Origin: Bacteroidetes bacterium RIFCSPLOWO2_12_FULL_35_15
Lineage (GTDB): Bacteria > Bacteroidota > Bacteroidia > 2-12-FULL-35-15
Reading direction: 5' to 3'
NCBI GenBank assembly: GCA_001769385.1
Contig: MEPB01000006.1
Location: forward strand, 24,182-88,181
Length of the DNA stretch: 64,000 nt
A program made the position numbers and the translations under genes. The notes beneath the pieces are model-generated. The model was not told the origin of the DNA. It was given only the letters and a program-made list of their open reading frames with translations, and searched no databases. Shown here one piece after another: positions 46,680 through 55,714 of this stretch; the stretch's first letter is position 1; each line of letters begins with the position of its first letter.

Positions 46680-48350
46680 ATGAAAGTAGATAAAATATTA
46701 ATTTCCATTTTCCAGCGTTCCTTCAAATCCATTACAGATGAGATGAGTATTTCGCTGACTAAAACTACACGATCTCCAATTCTTTGTGAAGCGAAGGATT
46801 TTGTAACGGGTCTGTATGATGCAAAAGGACAGATGTTAGAGCAAACAGAGAATCTTCCGATCCTGTCTTTTTCTTTGGGGCCTGTTTGTAAACATCTTTT
46901 AGAAGTATATGGAAAAGAAATTTATCCCGGTGATGTGATTATTCACAATGATGTATTCACCATGGGAAATCAGAATAATGATGTGGCCATTTTCAAACCA
47001 ATATTTTTGGGAGAAACATTAATTGGTTGGTCTGCTGCAAAAGGGCATCAGGCCGATATTGGGGGGGCAGTTCAAGGTGGTTATAATCCAAATGCAACTG
47101 AAGTTTGGCAGGAAGCAATTCGTATTCCGGCAACCAAATTGTACGACAGAGGCAAACTTCGTAAAGATGTTTGGAATCTGATCTTTGCAAACATTCGTTT
47201 GAATATTGTGGAACAGGATATCAAAGCACAGATCGGTGCTTGTACGCTTGGAGAAAGGCGTTTTCAGGCTTTTGTGGAGAAATACGGATTAGAATGTTTT
47301 GAACTGCACAAGCAAGAGTTGTTCAATGCAACTGAAAAAATGATGCGTCAGGAAATAAAAGAAATTCCAAATGGAGTTTATTTTGGCGAAAGTATGGTGT
47401 ATTACGATGGAAAACATCCCGGAAGTAAATTCCCTATTAAGGCAAAAATAACGGTGAAGAATGAGGACATTGAATTTGATTTTTCAAAATCATCACCTCA
47501 AACAACAGGCTTTGTAAATGGAATTTATACATCAACCTGTTCTGCAATAACACTTACTTTCCTTCAAATGGTGAATCCAAATATTCCGCACAACGAAGGA
47601 ATGATCAAGCCTTTAAAATATATTGTACCGGAAGGTACAATTTTGAATGCCCGATATCCGGCCGCAACAACTTTTGGAAATCATTTATGTCCGCAAGTGG
47701 CTGATAGTATTTTTAAAGCATTGTCAAAAGCGGTTCCTACACGTATCACAGCGGGTTGGAATCATTTGCTTTGTTCATTGTTCACAGGAAATCATCCGCG
47801 AACAAATCGCAAATACGTGGACATCTGTTTCCTGGGAATGAAAGGTGGATCAGGTGCAATGTTAGGGGATGACGGGTATGATCACATTGGAATGATAGAT
47901 GCATCGGGTGGTGTGCTTGATCAGGATTATGAAATGTATGAGCAGCAAACTCCGCATTTAATAATGAAACATGAATATCTCTGCGATTCGGCAGGAGCAG
48001 GCAAATGGCGAGGTGGATTGGGAACAGAAACTATAATTAAAGTGGGAGCTAACAATACGAAAATGGTAGTGTTTGGTGATGGTGATGTGGTTCCTGCTTA
48101 TGGATTAAAAGGTGGTAAAGAAAGTATCTTGAATATTCTTGAATTGCGTTACCCGAATGGAAAAAAGAAAAGACCATACAGCAAAGATATTGTGGACGAT
48201 ATTCCTTCCGGAACTATTTATTATCAAGTTGCCGGTGGTGGCGGAGGTTACGGAAATCCAAAAGAAAGAGGAAAAGAGCAAGTGAAGATGGATGTGAAAA
48301 ATGGAATTGTTTCTAAGAAAGTTGCTGAGAAAGTTTATGGAGTAAAATGA
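46680..48350 (+). CDS. hyuB: Hydantoinase B/oxoprolinase family protein.
   Basis: 556 aa, paired with hyuA, with conserved Gly-rich segments (DGYDHIGMIDASGG...). Confidence 0.8.
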   Translation: MKVDKILISIFQRSFKSITDEMSISLTKTTRSPILCEAKDFVTGLYDAKGQMLEQTENLPILSFSLGPVCKHLLEVYGKEIYPGDVIIHNDVFTMGNQNNDVAIFKPIFLGETLIGWSAAKGHQADIGGAVQGGYNPNATEVWQEAIRIPATKLYDRGKLRKDVWNLIFANIRLNIVEQDIKAQIGACTLGERRFQAFVEKYGLECFELHKQELFNATEKMMRQEIKEIPNGVYFGESMVYYDGKHPGSKFPIKAKITVKNEDIEFDFSKSSPQTTGFVNGIYTSTCSAITLTFLQMVNPNIPHNEGMIKPLKYIVPEGTILNARYPAATTFGNHLCPQVADSIFKALSKAVPTRITAGWNHLLCSLFTGNHPRTNRKYVDICFLGMKGGSGAMLGDDGYDHIGMIDASGGVLDQDYEMYEQQTPHLIMKHEYLCDSAGAGKWRGGLGTETIIKVGANNTKMVVFGDGDVVPAYGLKGGKESILNILELRYPNGKKKRPYSKDIVDDIPSGTIYYQVAGGGGGYGNPKERGKEQVKMDVKNGIVSKKVAEKVYGVK

Positions 48351-48351
48351 A

Positions 48352-48453
48352 ATCTACGAAATACGAATGGGTACGAATATACGAAAACGATAAAATGATG
48401 ATCTACGAAATACGCCCTTCGACAAACTCAGGGTGACTACGAATATACGAATG
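48352..48453. repeat. TACGAAT heptamer repeat array (intergenic).
   Basis: ctacgaaatacgaatgggtacgaatatacgaaaacg...atctacgaaatacg...gactacgaatatacgaatg. Confidence 0.7.
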
Positions 48454-48603
48454 AAAAAAAATAATTTAAATATTGAATGATTTGCGTTAGGGATAGCAGC
48501 GGAAATCCTTTTGAGAGGAACGAGCAAAAGATTGAAGCGAATAGCCCGACCCGCAGGGTAACGCCCAAAATAGAATAATAAGATTATTTAAAAAATTATA
48601 AAT

Positions 48604-49014
48604 ATGCAGCATACCACAATTTTACCGGATGGTTGGCCAACACCAAAAGGATATTCCAATGGAATACTTGCAGCAAAAGGCAGAGTACTTTTTTTAGCTG
48701 GTCAGGTAGGTTGGACCCCTGAAGAAAAATTCGCAAGCGATAAACTGATCCCACAGTTTGAACAAGCATTAAAAAATATTGTTGCTATTGTAAAACAAGC
48801 AGGTGGAAAACCGGAAGATATTTGCAAGATGACTTGTTTCTGCAAAGACAGAGCACAATATTTAGAAAGCAGAAGAGAGTTAGGAGCTATCTGGAAAAAT
48901 ATCATGGGAAAACATTATCCCTGCATGAGTATGATTTTCGTGGTGGATTTGTTGGATCATCCTGCATTAATCGAGATTGAAGCTACAGCAGTTATTCCTA
49001 CTAATAACGAATAA
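48604..49014 (+). CDS. RidA/YjgF/TdcF-family protein.
   Basis: 136 aa, YjgF-like. Its stop codon lies within a TACGAAT-type repeat (aacgaaTAAacgaattacgaATG). Confidence 0.7.
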   Translation: MQHTTILPDGWPTPKGYSNGILAAKGRVLFLAGQVGWTPEEKFASDKLIPQFEQALKNIVAIVKQAGGKPEDICKMTCFCKDRAQYLESRRELGAIWKNIMGKHYPCMSMIFVVDLLDHPALIEIEATAVIPTNNE

Positions 49015-49025
49015 ACGAATTACGA

Positions 49026-49439
49026 ATGAGAGTTGTGTTAAAAAAAGAAAATTTGTTATATCCTGAACTATCTTTTCAGGTTGTAGGAGTTTTATTTGAA
49101 GTAAGTAATACATTAGGATATGGCTATCTGGAAAAATATTATCAAAAAGCAATTGCAGCATTACTTAAAAAATCAAATATAAATTTTAAGGAACAGGTTA
49201 AAGTTGAAGTAATAATTGGAGATGAAATTATAGCAGAAGGTCGTGCGGATTTCATAATTGATGAAAAAATTATTTTGGAAATTAAAAAAGGTGATTCATT
49301 CCGGAAAGATAATATTGATCAATTGCACAGTTATTTAAAAATGACCGGAATGGAGCTTGGCATCCTTGCGAATTTTACATCAAAAGGATTACTTTATAAA
49401 AGAATCGTAAATATTCGTAATTCACAAATTCGTAATTAG
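49026..49439 (+). CDS. GxxExxY-family protein.
   Basis: GYGYLEKYY motif; its C-terminal residues and stop are encoded by the ATTCGTAA repeat. Confidence 0.7.
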   Translation: MRVVLKKENLLYPELSFQVVGVLFEVSNTLGYGYLEKYYQKAIAALLKKSNINFKEQVKVEVIIGDEIIAEGRADFIIDEKIILEIKKGDSFRKDNIDQLHSYLKMTGMELGILANFTSKGLLYKRIVNIRNSQIRN

Positions 49440-49546
49440 TAGAACGATGGACTTAAATATTCGTAATTAGTAAATTCGTAATTAGTAGAACGATGGACTT
49501 AAATATTCGTAATTAGTAAATTCGTAATTAGTAGAACGATGGACTT
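49409..49546 (+). repeat. 3 x 46-bp tandem repeat built from ATTCGTAATTAGTA units. Each copy ends in ...agaacgATGGACTT, and the third copy supplies the start codon of the acyl-CoA dehydrogenase.
   Basis: Copies at 49409-49454, 49455-49500 and 49501-49546. Copies 2 and 3 are identical and copy 1 differs at 3 positions. Copies 1 and 2 encode only the mini-ORF MDLNIRN*. Confidence 0.8.
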
Positions 49547-50669
49547 TGAATTAAACGAAATACAAAAACAAATTCAACAAACTTTTCGAGACTTTACCGA
49601 TAGGAGAGTAAAACCTGTTGCTGGTAAATTAGATGAAGAAAAAAAGTTTCCTCACCAGCTTTTTAAAGAAGCCGGGGATCTGGGATTTTTTGGGATGCGT
49701 TATCCTGAAAGTGCAGGAGGAAGCGGATTGGATATTGTTTCCTACTCATTAGCTGTAATTGAAATGGCAAGAGGATCCTTGTCGCTGGCTGCTGTTTGTA
49801 CCATGCAATCATTAATGGGAACCTACTTTCTTTATCGTTTTGGTAATAAAGAGATCATTGAAAATTATTTTGATGAAGCCCTGAAAGGTAATAAAATTGG
49901 TGGTATTTGCATGACGGAGCCTAATGCAGGTTCCGATTTAATGGCAATTAAAACACTTGCAAAAGTTACTGATGATGGCTTTATTCTTAGCGGACAAAAG
50001 ACCTGGATCACATCAGCTCCGGTTGCTGATTTTTTTACGGTGCTTGCACGAACCGATAATCATGAAAAACTCTCCATATTTTTTGTGCCTGCTGATTTGA
50101 AAGGAGTGATTGTTGGAAAAAGTATTGAGAAAATGGGTGTGCGAGCTTCCGTAACCAGTGAAGTAGCTTTTGTTGATGTTCAGCTCCCGAAAAAATATTT
50201 GCTTGGCGAAATTGGTGGAGGAACAAAATGCCTTATTGAAATTCTTGCCGAGATCCGGATCATGACCGCTGCTCTTGCTATCGGAGTTGCAACAGCAGCT
50301 TATGAAGATGCTTTGAAATATGCCAATGAGCGTTCACAATTTGGAAAACCAATTGGGAAATTTCAGGCTGTACAAATGAAATTTGCGGACATGGCAGTGA
50401 AACTGGAAACATCCAAACATTATGTGATGTATGCAGCAAGCTTAAGTGATAAAAATCTCCCGCGTCAGAAAGAAGCAATGATAGCAAAGCTCTATGCTTC
50501 GGAATGTGCAGTAAATATATGTGATGAAGCATCCCGTGTACTTGCTTCTTATGGTTACGCAGTTGAATATAATGTAGAAAGGTATTTACGGGATTCTCGT
50601 TTTACGTTGATTGGTGGGGGAACCTCAGAAATATTAAAAATAAATATTGCAAAAGAATTAGGACTATGA
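49539..50669 (+). CDS. Acyl-CoA dehydrogenase.
   Basis: ACAD fold motifs: CMTEPNAGSDL, a C-terminal RYLRDSRFTLIGGGTSEI, and catalytic Glu context. Confidence 0.85.
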   Translation: MDFELNEIQKQIQQTFRDFTDRRVKPVAGKLDEEKKFPHQLFKEAGDLGFFGMRYPESAGGSGLDIVSYSLAVIEMARGSLSLAAVCTMQSLMGTYFLYRFGNKEIIENYFDEALKGNKIGGICMTEPNAGSDLMAIKTLAKVTDDGFILSGQKTWITSAPVADFFTVLARTDNHEKLSIFFVPADLKGVIVGKSIEKMGVRASVTSEVAFVDVQLPKKYLLGEIGGGTKCLIEILAEIRIMTAALAIGVATAAYEDALKYANERSQFGKPIGKFQAVQMKFADMAVKLETSKHYVMYAASLSDKNLPRQKEAMIAKLYASECAVNICDEASRVLASYGYAVEYNVERYLRDSRFTLIGGGTSEILKINIAKELGL

Positions 50670-50675
50670 GAAGTT

Positions 50676-50826
50676 CTACGAATTACGAATTAAACGAATT
50701 ACGAATGAGATTTTCCAATTTATCAGATGTTTACGTTAGTATTTCATCTTTATTCGTAATTCGGCCATTCGTAATTAGTAGTGTAATATATTCACTTTTA
50801 TTTGCAGTTTGTTCATTCGTAATAAA
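50676..50826. repeat. TACGAAT/ATTCGTA inverted heptamer array (intergenic).
   Basis: ctacgaattacgaattaaacgaattacgaatgag ... ttattcgtaattcggccattcgtaattagt ... cattcgtaata. Confidence 0.7.
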
Positions 50827-50837
50827 TAGGTAAAAAT

Positions 50838-52238
50838 ATGAGTAATATAAAATCATACGGAATCGCATTACCTCATTTCAGAATCGAGGATACTATTCTT
50901 CACCCCAAAGGAAAGAAAGGCATAACAAAGTCAGTTTGTTTTTCTGATGAAGATTTGATCACACTTGCTTTTCAGGCAGCATCAAACTGTTTGGATGTCA
51001 GTTCGAGCGGAGTCGAGAACTCAAATCTCAAATCTAATATTGATGCAATTCTCTTTGCCTCATCAACTCCGGTTTTTAAAAATCGGTATCATGCTTCTTT
51101 TCTTGCTGATCAATTAGGTTTACTTCATGGCATTTTAGCGCTTGATCTTATAAATTCAGCCCGAAGTGGAACGGATGCCCTGTTATTGGCAAATACATTA
51201 ATTGATTTCGGTAAATACAAAAATATTTTGGTGCTTGCTTCTGATGTTCATTTTCCTTCAATCGGAAAAGAGCTTTCAACTCCCTTCGGTCATGCTGCCT
51301 GTGCAATTTTGATAGGTAATGAAAAAGGTATTGCAGAATTTACTTCAGCCAAATCATACAGTTCTTCACTGGCTGAAGAATTTTCTTACAAAGGAAATAC
51401 TATTCAGTATGATCCTCGATTTAGCCGTGATGCAGGATTTAAAGCAAACCTGACTTCTGCACTTAAAAGTTTTGCGTCTAACCCAAAATCGATTGATGCT
51501 GTAATTTTAAATTCTCTTTATGCTCGAATGGCAGGAGGGATTTTTGCGAAAGCTGGTTTTGAAGAAACACAATTTGCAATGGACACCCTTTCTTCCAAAC
51601 TAGGAAATACAGGTGCTGTTCATGCGTTACTGCTGTTAGTGAATGAAATTGAAAACGAAAAGAAAACCATCTTACTTGCAGATTACACAAACGGAACAAA
51701 CTTTTTTGAAATAAAAAATCAAGGTTCCAATTCTGAAAAAGTACTGCAAGAGCAATTGAAAAATTTCGAATTAATTAATTCTTATCAGGATTATTTATTG
51801 TTGCGCAAAACAGGAAATTTCAATTCAGCAAAATACGAAACCAAAGAAATGTTTTCTTCTGAAATGATGCAGGAACGTGAGAAAGACACCTTGCAATATC
51901 TGAAAGGTTTGAAATGCGATAAGTGCGGAACCATTTATTATCTGAAATCTACTCGATGTAAAAATTGTAAAGAAGAAAATTTTTCAGATGTTCAATTATC
52001 AAAAACTGGAATTGTTTATACCTTAACAAGCGAACATTATTTTCCAAGTTCATTCCCTCCAATTCATATGTTGGTAATTGATCTGGATGGTGGGGGAAGG
52101 GTTACAGTTCAACAAACTGATACCATGTATCCTGAAAAAAATAAAATAAAGATCGGTTCGAAAGTGAAATTGGTTTTACGAAAAATGATTGAGAATGATA
52201 TGAAACCAAATTATTTCTGGAAGGCTGTAAATCTATGA
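50838..52238 (+). CDS. HMG-CoA-synthase-like (thiolase-fold) protein fused to a C-terminal DUF35-type Zn-ribbon/OB-fold domain.
   Basis: N-terminal SYGIALPHFRIEDT and a C-terminal zinc ribbon CDKCGTIYYLKSTRCKNCKEE. Confidence 0.5.
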   Translation: MSNIKSYGIALPHFRIEDTILHPKGKKGITKSVCFSDEDLITLAFQAASNCLDVSSSGVENSNLKSNIDAILFASSTPVFKNRYHASFLADQLGLLHGILALDLINSARSGTDALLLANTLIDFGKYKNILVLASDVHFPSIGKELSTPFGHAACAILIGNEKGIAEFTSAKSYSSSLAEEFSYKGNTIQYDPRFSRDAGFKANLTSALKSFASNPKSIDAVILNSLYARMAGGIFAKAGFEETQFAMDTLSSKLGNTGAVHALLLLVNEIENEKKTILLADYTNGTNFFEIKNQGSNSEKVLQEQLKNFELINSYQDYLLLRKTGNFNSAKYETKEMFSSEMMQEREKDTLQYLKGLKCDKCGTIYYLKSTRCKNCKEENFSDVQLSKTGIVYTLTSEHYFPSSFPPIHMLVIDLDGGGRVTVQQTDTMYPEKNKIKIGSKVKLVLRKMIENDMKPNYFWKAVNL

Positions 52239-52240
52239 AA

Positions 52241-52297
52241 TACGAATTGATACGAATAGAATCTACGAATACGAATTAGTACGAATATACGAATAGA
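52241..52297. repeat. TACGAAT heptamer array (intergenic).
   Basis: aaatacgaattgatacgaatagaatctacgaatacgaattagtacgaatatacgaatag. Confidence 0.7.
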
Positions 52298-52333
52298 TGA
52301 AATTAAGAATGTAAAATTCACAATTAAGAATTA

Positions 52334-53506
52334 ATGAAAGATATAGCAATAATAGGCATTGGAGTAACAAAGTTCGGTGAATTGTTTCATCAGAGTTATG
52401 ACGACTTGGTGCGTGATGCCGCGATGCAAGCTGTGAACGATGCTCAGATCAATATGGATGAAATTGGGGCTGCATGGCTTTCAACTGCATTCCCTGAAAT
52501 AGGTGTTTTTAAAGGTAGAAGCGGAATGGATCTGTCTGAGCCACTTTCTTTGTATAATATTCCTGTAACAAGGGTTTCAAATTTTTGTGCCTCAGGCGCA
52601 GATGCTATACGCAATGCCGTGAATGCATTACGTGCAGGAGAATGTGATGTAGCGATGGCATTGGGAGTGGAGAAGCTTCGTGATCGCCAACCGCAGGATA
52701 GTATTGTAAAAATGATGGTTGAATACGGACATCCGTTTTTACAAAAAGGATTTACAGCTGCCGGTACATTTGCTGTATATGCAAACCGGATGATGAAAGA
52801 ATTTGGTGTAACCCGTGAAGATATTTCAAACGTTTCGGTGAAAAATCATTTTCATGGTTCATTAAATGAAAAAGCATTCTATCGTAAACCATGCACACTT
52901 GAAGAAGTAATGAGATCACAAATGGTTGCTGATCCTCTTACCGTTTTGGATAGCTGCCCGACCACTGATGGTGCAGCTTGTGTGATAATTGTGCGTGCGG
53001 AAGATGTGAATAAAAATAAACACAAGCCTGTTTTTATTAAAGGTGTTGGACTTTCTGTTTCAACAGGATGGGATCTTCCTTTCTTCGATCCCAATCATGA
53101 TTTTCTTTCTTTTGAAGCCACACGCAATGCAGCAAAAATGGCTTATAAACAAGCAGGTATTACAAATCCAATTGAAGAACTGGATTTGGTGGAAGTACAT
53201 GATTGTTTTTCAATAGTCGAATTATTAACTTATGAAGATCTCGGATTATGCAAACAAGGGGAAGCAAAAGATCTGATACGAGGAAAAGAAACACAACTCG
53301 GAGGGAAAATTCCTGTGAATGTGAGTGGTGGACTTTTATCTTGTGGACATCCGGTTGGTGCAACAGGAATAAGAATGGTGGTTGAAGTTTCCAATCACTT
53401 GCGCAATTCTGCAGGTGAACGACAAGTGAAAAAAGCAAAAAGAGGATTAACACATAATATTGGAGGTCCAGGTGCTATTGCATCGGTGATCATTCTGGAA
53501 AATTAA
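52334..53506 (+). CDS. Thiolase, SCP-x/non-specific lipid-transfer type.
   Basis: Active-site region NFCASGADAIRNAV and C-terminal GGLLSCGHPVGATG. Confidence 0.75.
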   Translation: MKDIAIIGIGVTKFGELFHQSYDDLVRDAAMQAVNDAQINMDEIGAAWLSTAFPEIGVFKGRSGMDLSEPLSLYNIPVTRVSNFCASGADAIRNAVNALRAGECDVAMALGVEKLRDRQPQDSIVKMMVEYGHPFLQKGFTAAGTFAVYANRMMKEFGVTREDISNVSVKNHFHGSLNEKAFYRKPCTLEEVMRSQMVADPLTVLDSCPTTDGAACVIIVRAEDVNKNKHKPVFIKGVGLSVSTGWDLPFFDPNHDFLSFEATRNAAKMAYKQAGITNPIEELDLVEVHDCFSIVELLTYEDLGLCKQGEAKDLIRGKETQLGGKIPVNVSGGLLSCGHPVGATGIRMVVEVSNHLRNSAGERQVKKAKRGLTHNIGGPGAIASVIILEN

Positions 53507-53509
53507 ATT

Positions 53510-53630
53510 TTACGAAAATACGAATGAATACTAATCTCCGAATAAAGTAAAATGCAAAATCCGAAATTAAAAATTGGATTAATTCGATTCATAAATTCGT
53601 ACAATTGGTATTTCGTAAAGCAAACTAAAT
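53510..53630. repeat. TACGAAA/TACGAAT and ATTCGTA/TTTCGTA heptamer array (intergenic).
   Basis: ttacgaaaatacgaatgaatac...aattcgattcataaattcgtacaattggtatttcgtaaag. Confidence 0.65.
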
Positions 53631-53640
53631 TATATAAAAG

Positions 53641-54024
53641 ATGAAAGTACTACTTAGCAAACCCGGACTTGATGGTCATGATGTAGGAGTGAAAGTATTG
53701 GCTCACGGATTAATTGATGCAGGATTTCAGGTTGTTTATACCGGACTCCGGAAAACAATTGAAGAGATCGTTGATATAGCTGTAAAAAACAAAGTGGACA
53801 TTATAGGTATGTCGATACTCTCCGGGACACATTTAGTTCTTGCGCAAAGAATGAAAGAAGTTCTTGCGGAAAGAAAACTTAATATTCCATGGTTTGTCGG
53901 AGGAAATATTCCTGCAAAAGATATTGAAAAATTGAAAAAGCTGGGAGCACACAATGCATTCGCTACCGGGAGTAAAGTGGCAGATGTGGTTAATTATTTT
54001 AATTCGATAAAAGTAAAAGCATGA
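53641..54024 (+). CDS. Cobalamin-binding small subunit of an acyl-CoA (methylmalonyl-CoA-type) mutase.
   Basis: DxHxxG B12-binding motif (LDGHDVG); 127 aa. Its stop overlaps the start of the large subunit. Confidence 0.85.
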   Translation: MKVLLSKPGLDGHDVGVKVLAHGLIDAGFQVVYTGLRKTIEEIVDIAVKNKVDIIGMSILSGTHLVLAQRMKEVLAERKLNIPWFVGGNIPAKDIEKLKKLGAHNAFATGSKVADVVNYFNSIKVKA

Positions 54025-55643
54025 GCACAACAAAAACAAAAAAAACGGCTGAAGATCTGGGTGTAAAAAGAGTATATTTAGAATCAGGTCTTGAAGTTGA
54101 CCCTGTTTATACTGCAAGCGATACCGAAAATTCAAATAGTAAGAATGAAATGCCTGGAGTATATCCTTTTACCCGTGGTATTCATCCTACCATGTATCGT
54201 AATAAACCCTTTACGATTCGTCAGTATGCGGGTTTTGCTTCTCCTGAGGAAACTAATGAACGGTTTCAGTTTTTGATAAAAAATGGTCAGTCAGGATTAA
54301 ATGTGGCCTTTGATCTTCCAACTCAATGTGGTCTGGATTCAGACGACCTAAGAGCATTTGGTGAAGTAGGGAGAGTGGGTATGTCAATTGATACACTTCA
54401 TGATTTCGAAATTGCTTTTAAAAATATCGATCTTGATAAAATTACAGTTTCCATGACTATCAATGGTACTGCAATTATTTTGATTGCTATGTATATCGCC
54501 ATGGCAGAAAAAGCCGGATATGATATTTCAACGTTGAGAGGTACCGCACAAAATGATATTTTAAAAGAATTTATCGGTAGAGGAACATGGATCTTTCCGG
54601 TAGATAAATCGGTGAAATTGGTGGTAGATACCATTGAGTATTGTGCTAAACACGTACCTAAATATAGTCCTGTTAGCGTTTGTGGTTATCATATCCGGGA
54701 AAGTGGTGCTAATCCGATCCAGGAAATGGCTTATGCTTTCTGTATTGCAAAAGCTTATACGGATGGCGCCTTGAGTAGGGGAATTACCATTGATGATTTT
54801 GCATCACGATTGTCTTTCAATTTTGATATTTATGGAAATCTTTTTGAGCAGGTTGCAAAGTTCCGTGGTGGAAGAAGATTATGGGCAAAAATAATACGTG
54901 AAGAGTATGGTGCTAAAAAAGACAGCTCCTGCTGGTTACGGATGATCGCTGGTGGTGGCGGTGGCGGATTGACGAAAGAACAACCTGAAAATAATATTGT
55001 GAGAAGCGCATATTATGCATTGATCAGTGCTTTATCAGGAACCCAAACCATGGCGCTTTGCAGTTATGATGAAGCCTATACCATTCCTACAGAACACTCA
55101 GCTGAAATTTCATTACGTACCATGCAGATCATGATCCATGAAATGGGTATTTGCGATACTGTTGATCCATTGGGTGGTTCATACTATGTGGAAGCATTGA
55201 CCGATAAGTTTGAAGAAGAAATTAAGAAAGAAATGAAGACCGTTGAAAAATGGGATGGGATCGTGAATGCTGTTGCCACAGGGAAAATCCAAGAGTCGGT
55301 TTCTAAACAGGCTTATGTTAGAGAAATGGGAATGCAAACAGGAAAAGTCCCTAAAGTGGGAGTAAATATTTATACGAGAGAAGAAGAAGCGAAAGAGGTT
55401 GAATTTCATCCATACAATTTAGATGCAGCAAATGCTCAAATTGGAAAATTGAAAACAACAAAAGCTGCAAGAAATGCTGAAAAAGTAAAAGCTTGTCTGG
55501 CATTGGTAAAACAAGATGCAATCGATGATAAAAATTTGATGCCGGCAATTATTGCAGCTGTAAAAGAATATTGTACTGTTGGCGAAATTGTAACAGCCAT
55601 GAAAGAAGTATATGGAGAATTTAAAGAACCAATTTTCTTTTAA
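54021..55643 (+). CDS. Acyl-CoA mutase large (substrate-binding TIM-barrel) subunit. Substrate specificity unknown.
   Basis: 540 aa with methylmalonyl-CoA-mutase-like segments (YPFTRGIHPTMYRNKPFTIRQYAGF...). Confidence 0.8.
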   Translation: MSTTKTKKTAEDLGVKRVYLESGLEVDPVYTASDTENSNSKNEMPGVYPFTRGIHPTMYRNKPFTIRQYAGFASPEETNERFQFLIKNGQSGLNVAFDLPTQCGLDSDDLRAFGEVGRVGMSIDTLHDFEIAFKNIDLDKITVSMTINGTAIILIAMYIAMAEKAGYDISTLRGTAQNDILKEFIGRGTWIFPVDKSVKLVVDTIEYCAKHVPKYSPVSVCGYHIRESGANPIQEMAYAFCIAKAYTDGALSRGITIDDFASRLSFNFDIYGNLFEQVAKFRGGRRLWAKIIREEYGAKKDSSCWLRMIAGGGGGGLTKEQPENNIVRSAYYALISALSGTQTMALCSYDEAYTIPTEHSAEISLRTMQIMIHEMGICDTVDPLGGSYYVEALTDKFEEEIKKEMKTVEKWDGIVNAVATGKIQESVSKQAYVREMGMQTGKVPKVGVNIYTREEEAKEVEFHPYNLDAANAQIGKLKTTKAARNAEKVKACLALVKQDAIDDKNLMPAIIAAVKEYCTVGEIVTAMKEVYGEFKEPIFF

Positions 55644-55714
55644 ACTGTTGCGGAATATGAATAAAGAAAAAAAAACATTTTGCGTCTTTGCGCCTTAGTG
55701 GCAAAAAATAATAA

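Noticed and set aside
48470-48603. Possible cobalamin riboswitch upstream of the RidA/mutase genes (gggatagcagcggaaatcc...cccgacccgcagggtaacgcc)
   Set aside because: No recognisable B12 box and no convincing conserved stems. The mutase genes are 5 kb downstream.
48352-53630. Could the TACGAAT arrays be CRISPR arrays?
   Set aside because: The units are 7 nt with 0-6 nt irregular gaps, with no 25-40 bp repeats alternating with unique spacers, and no cas genes.
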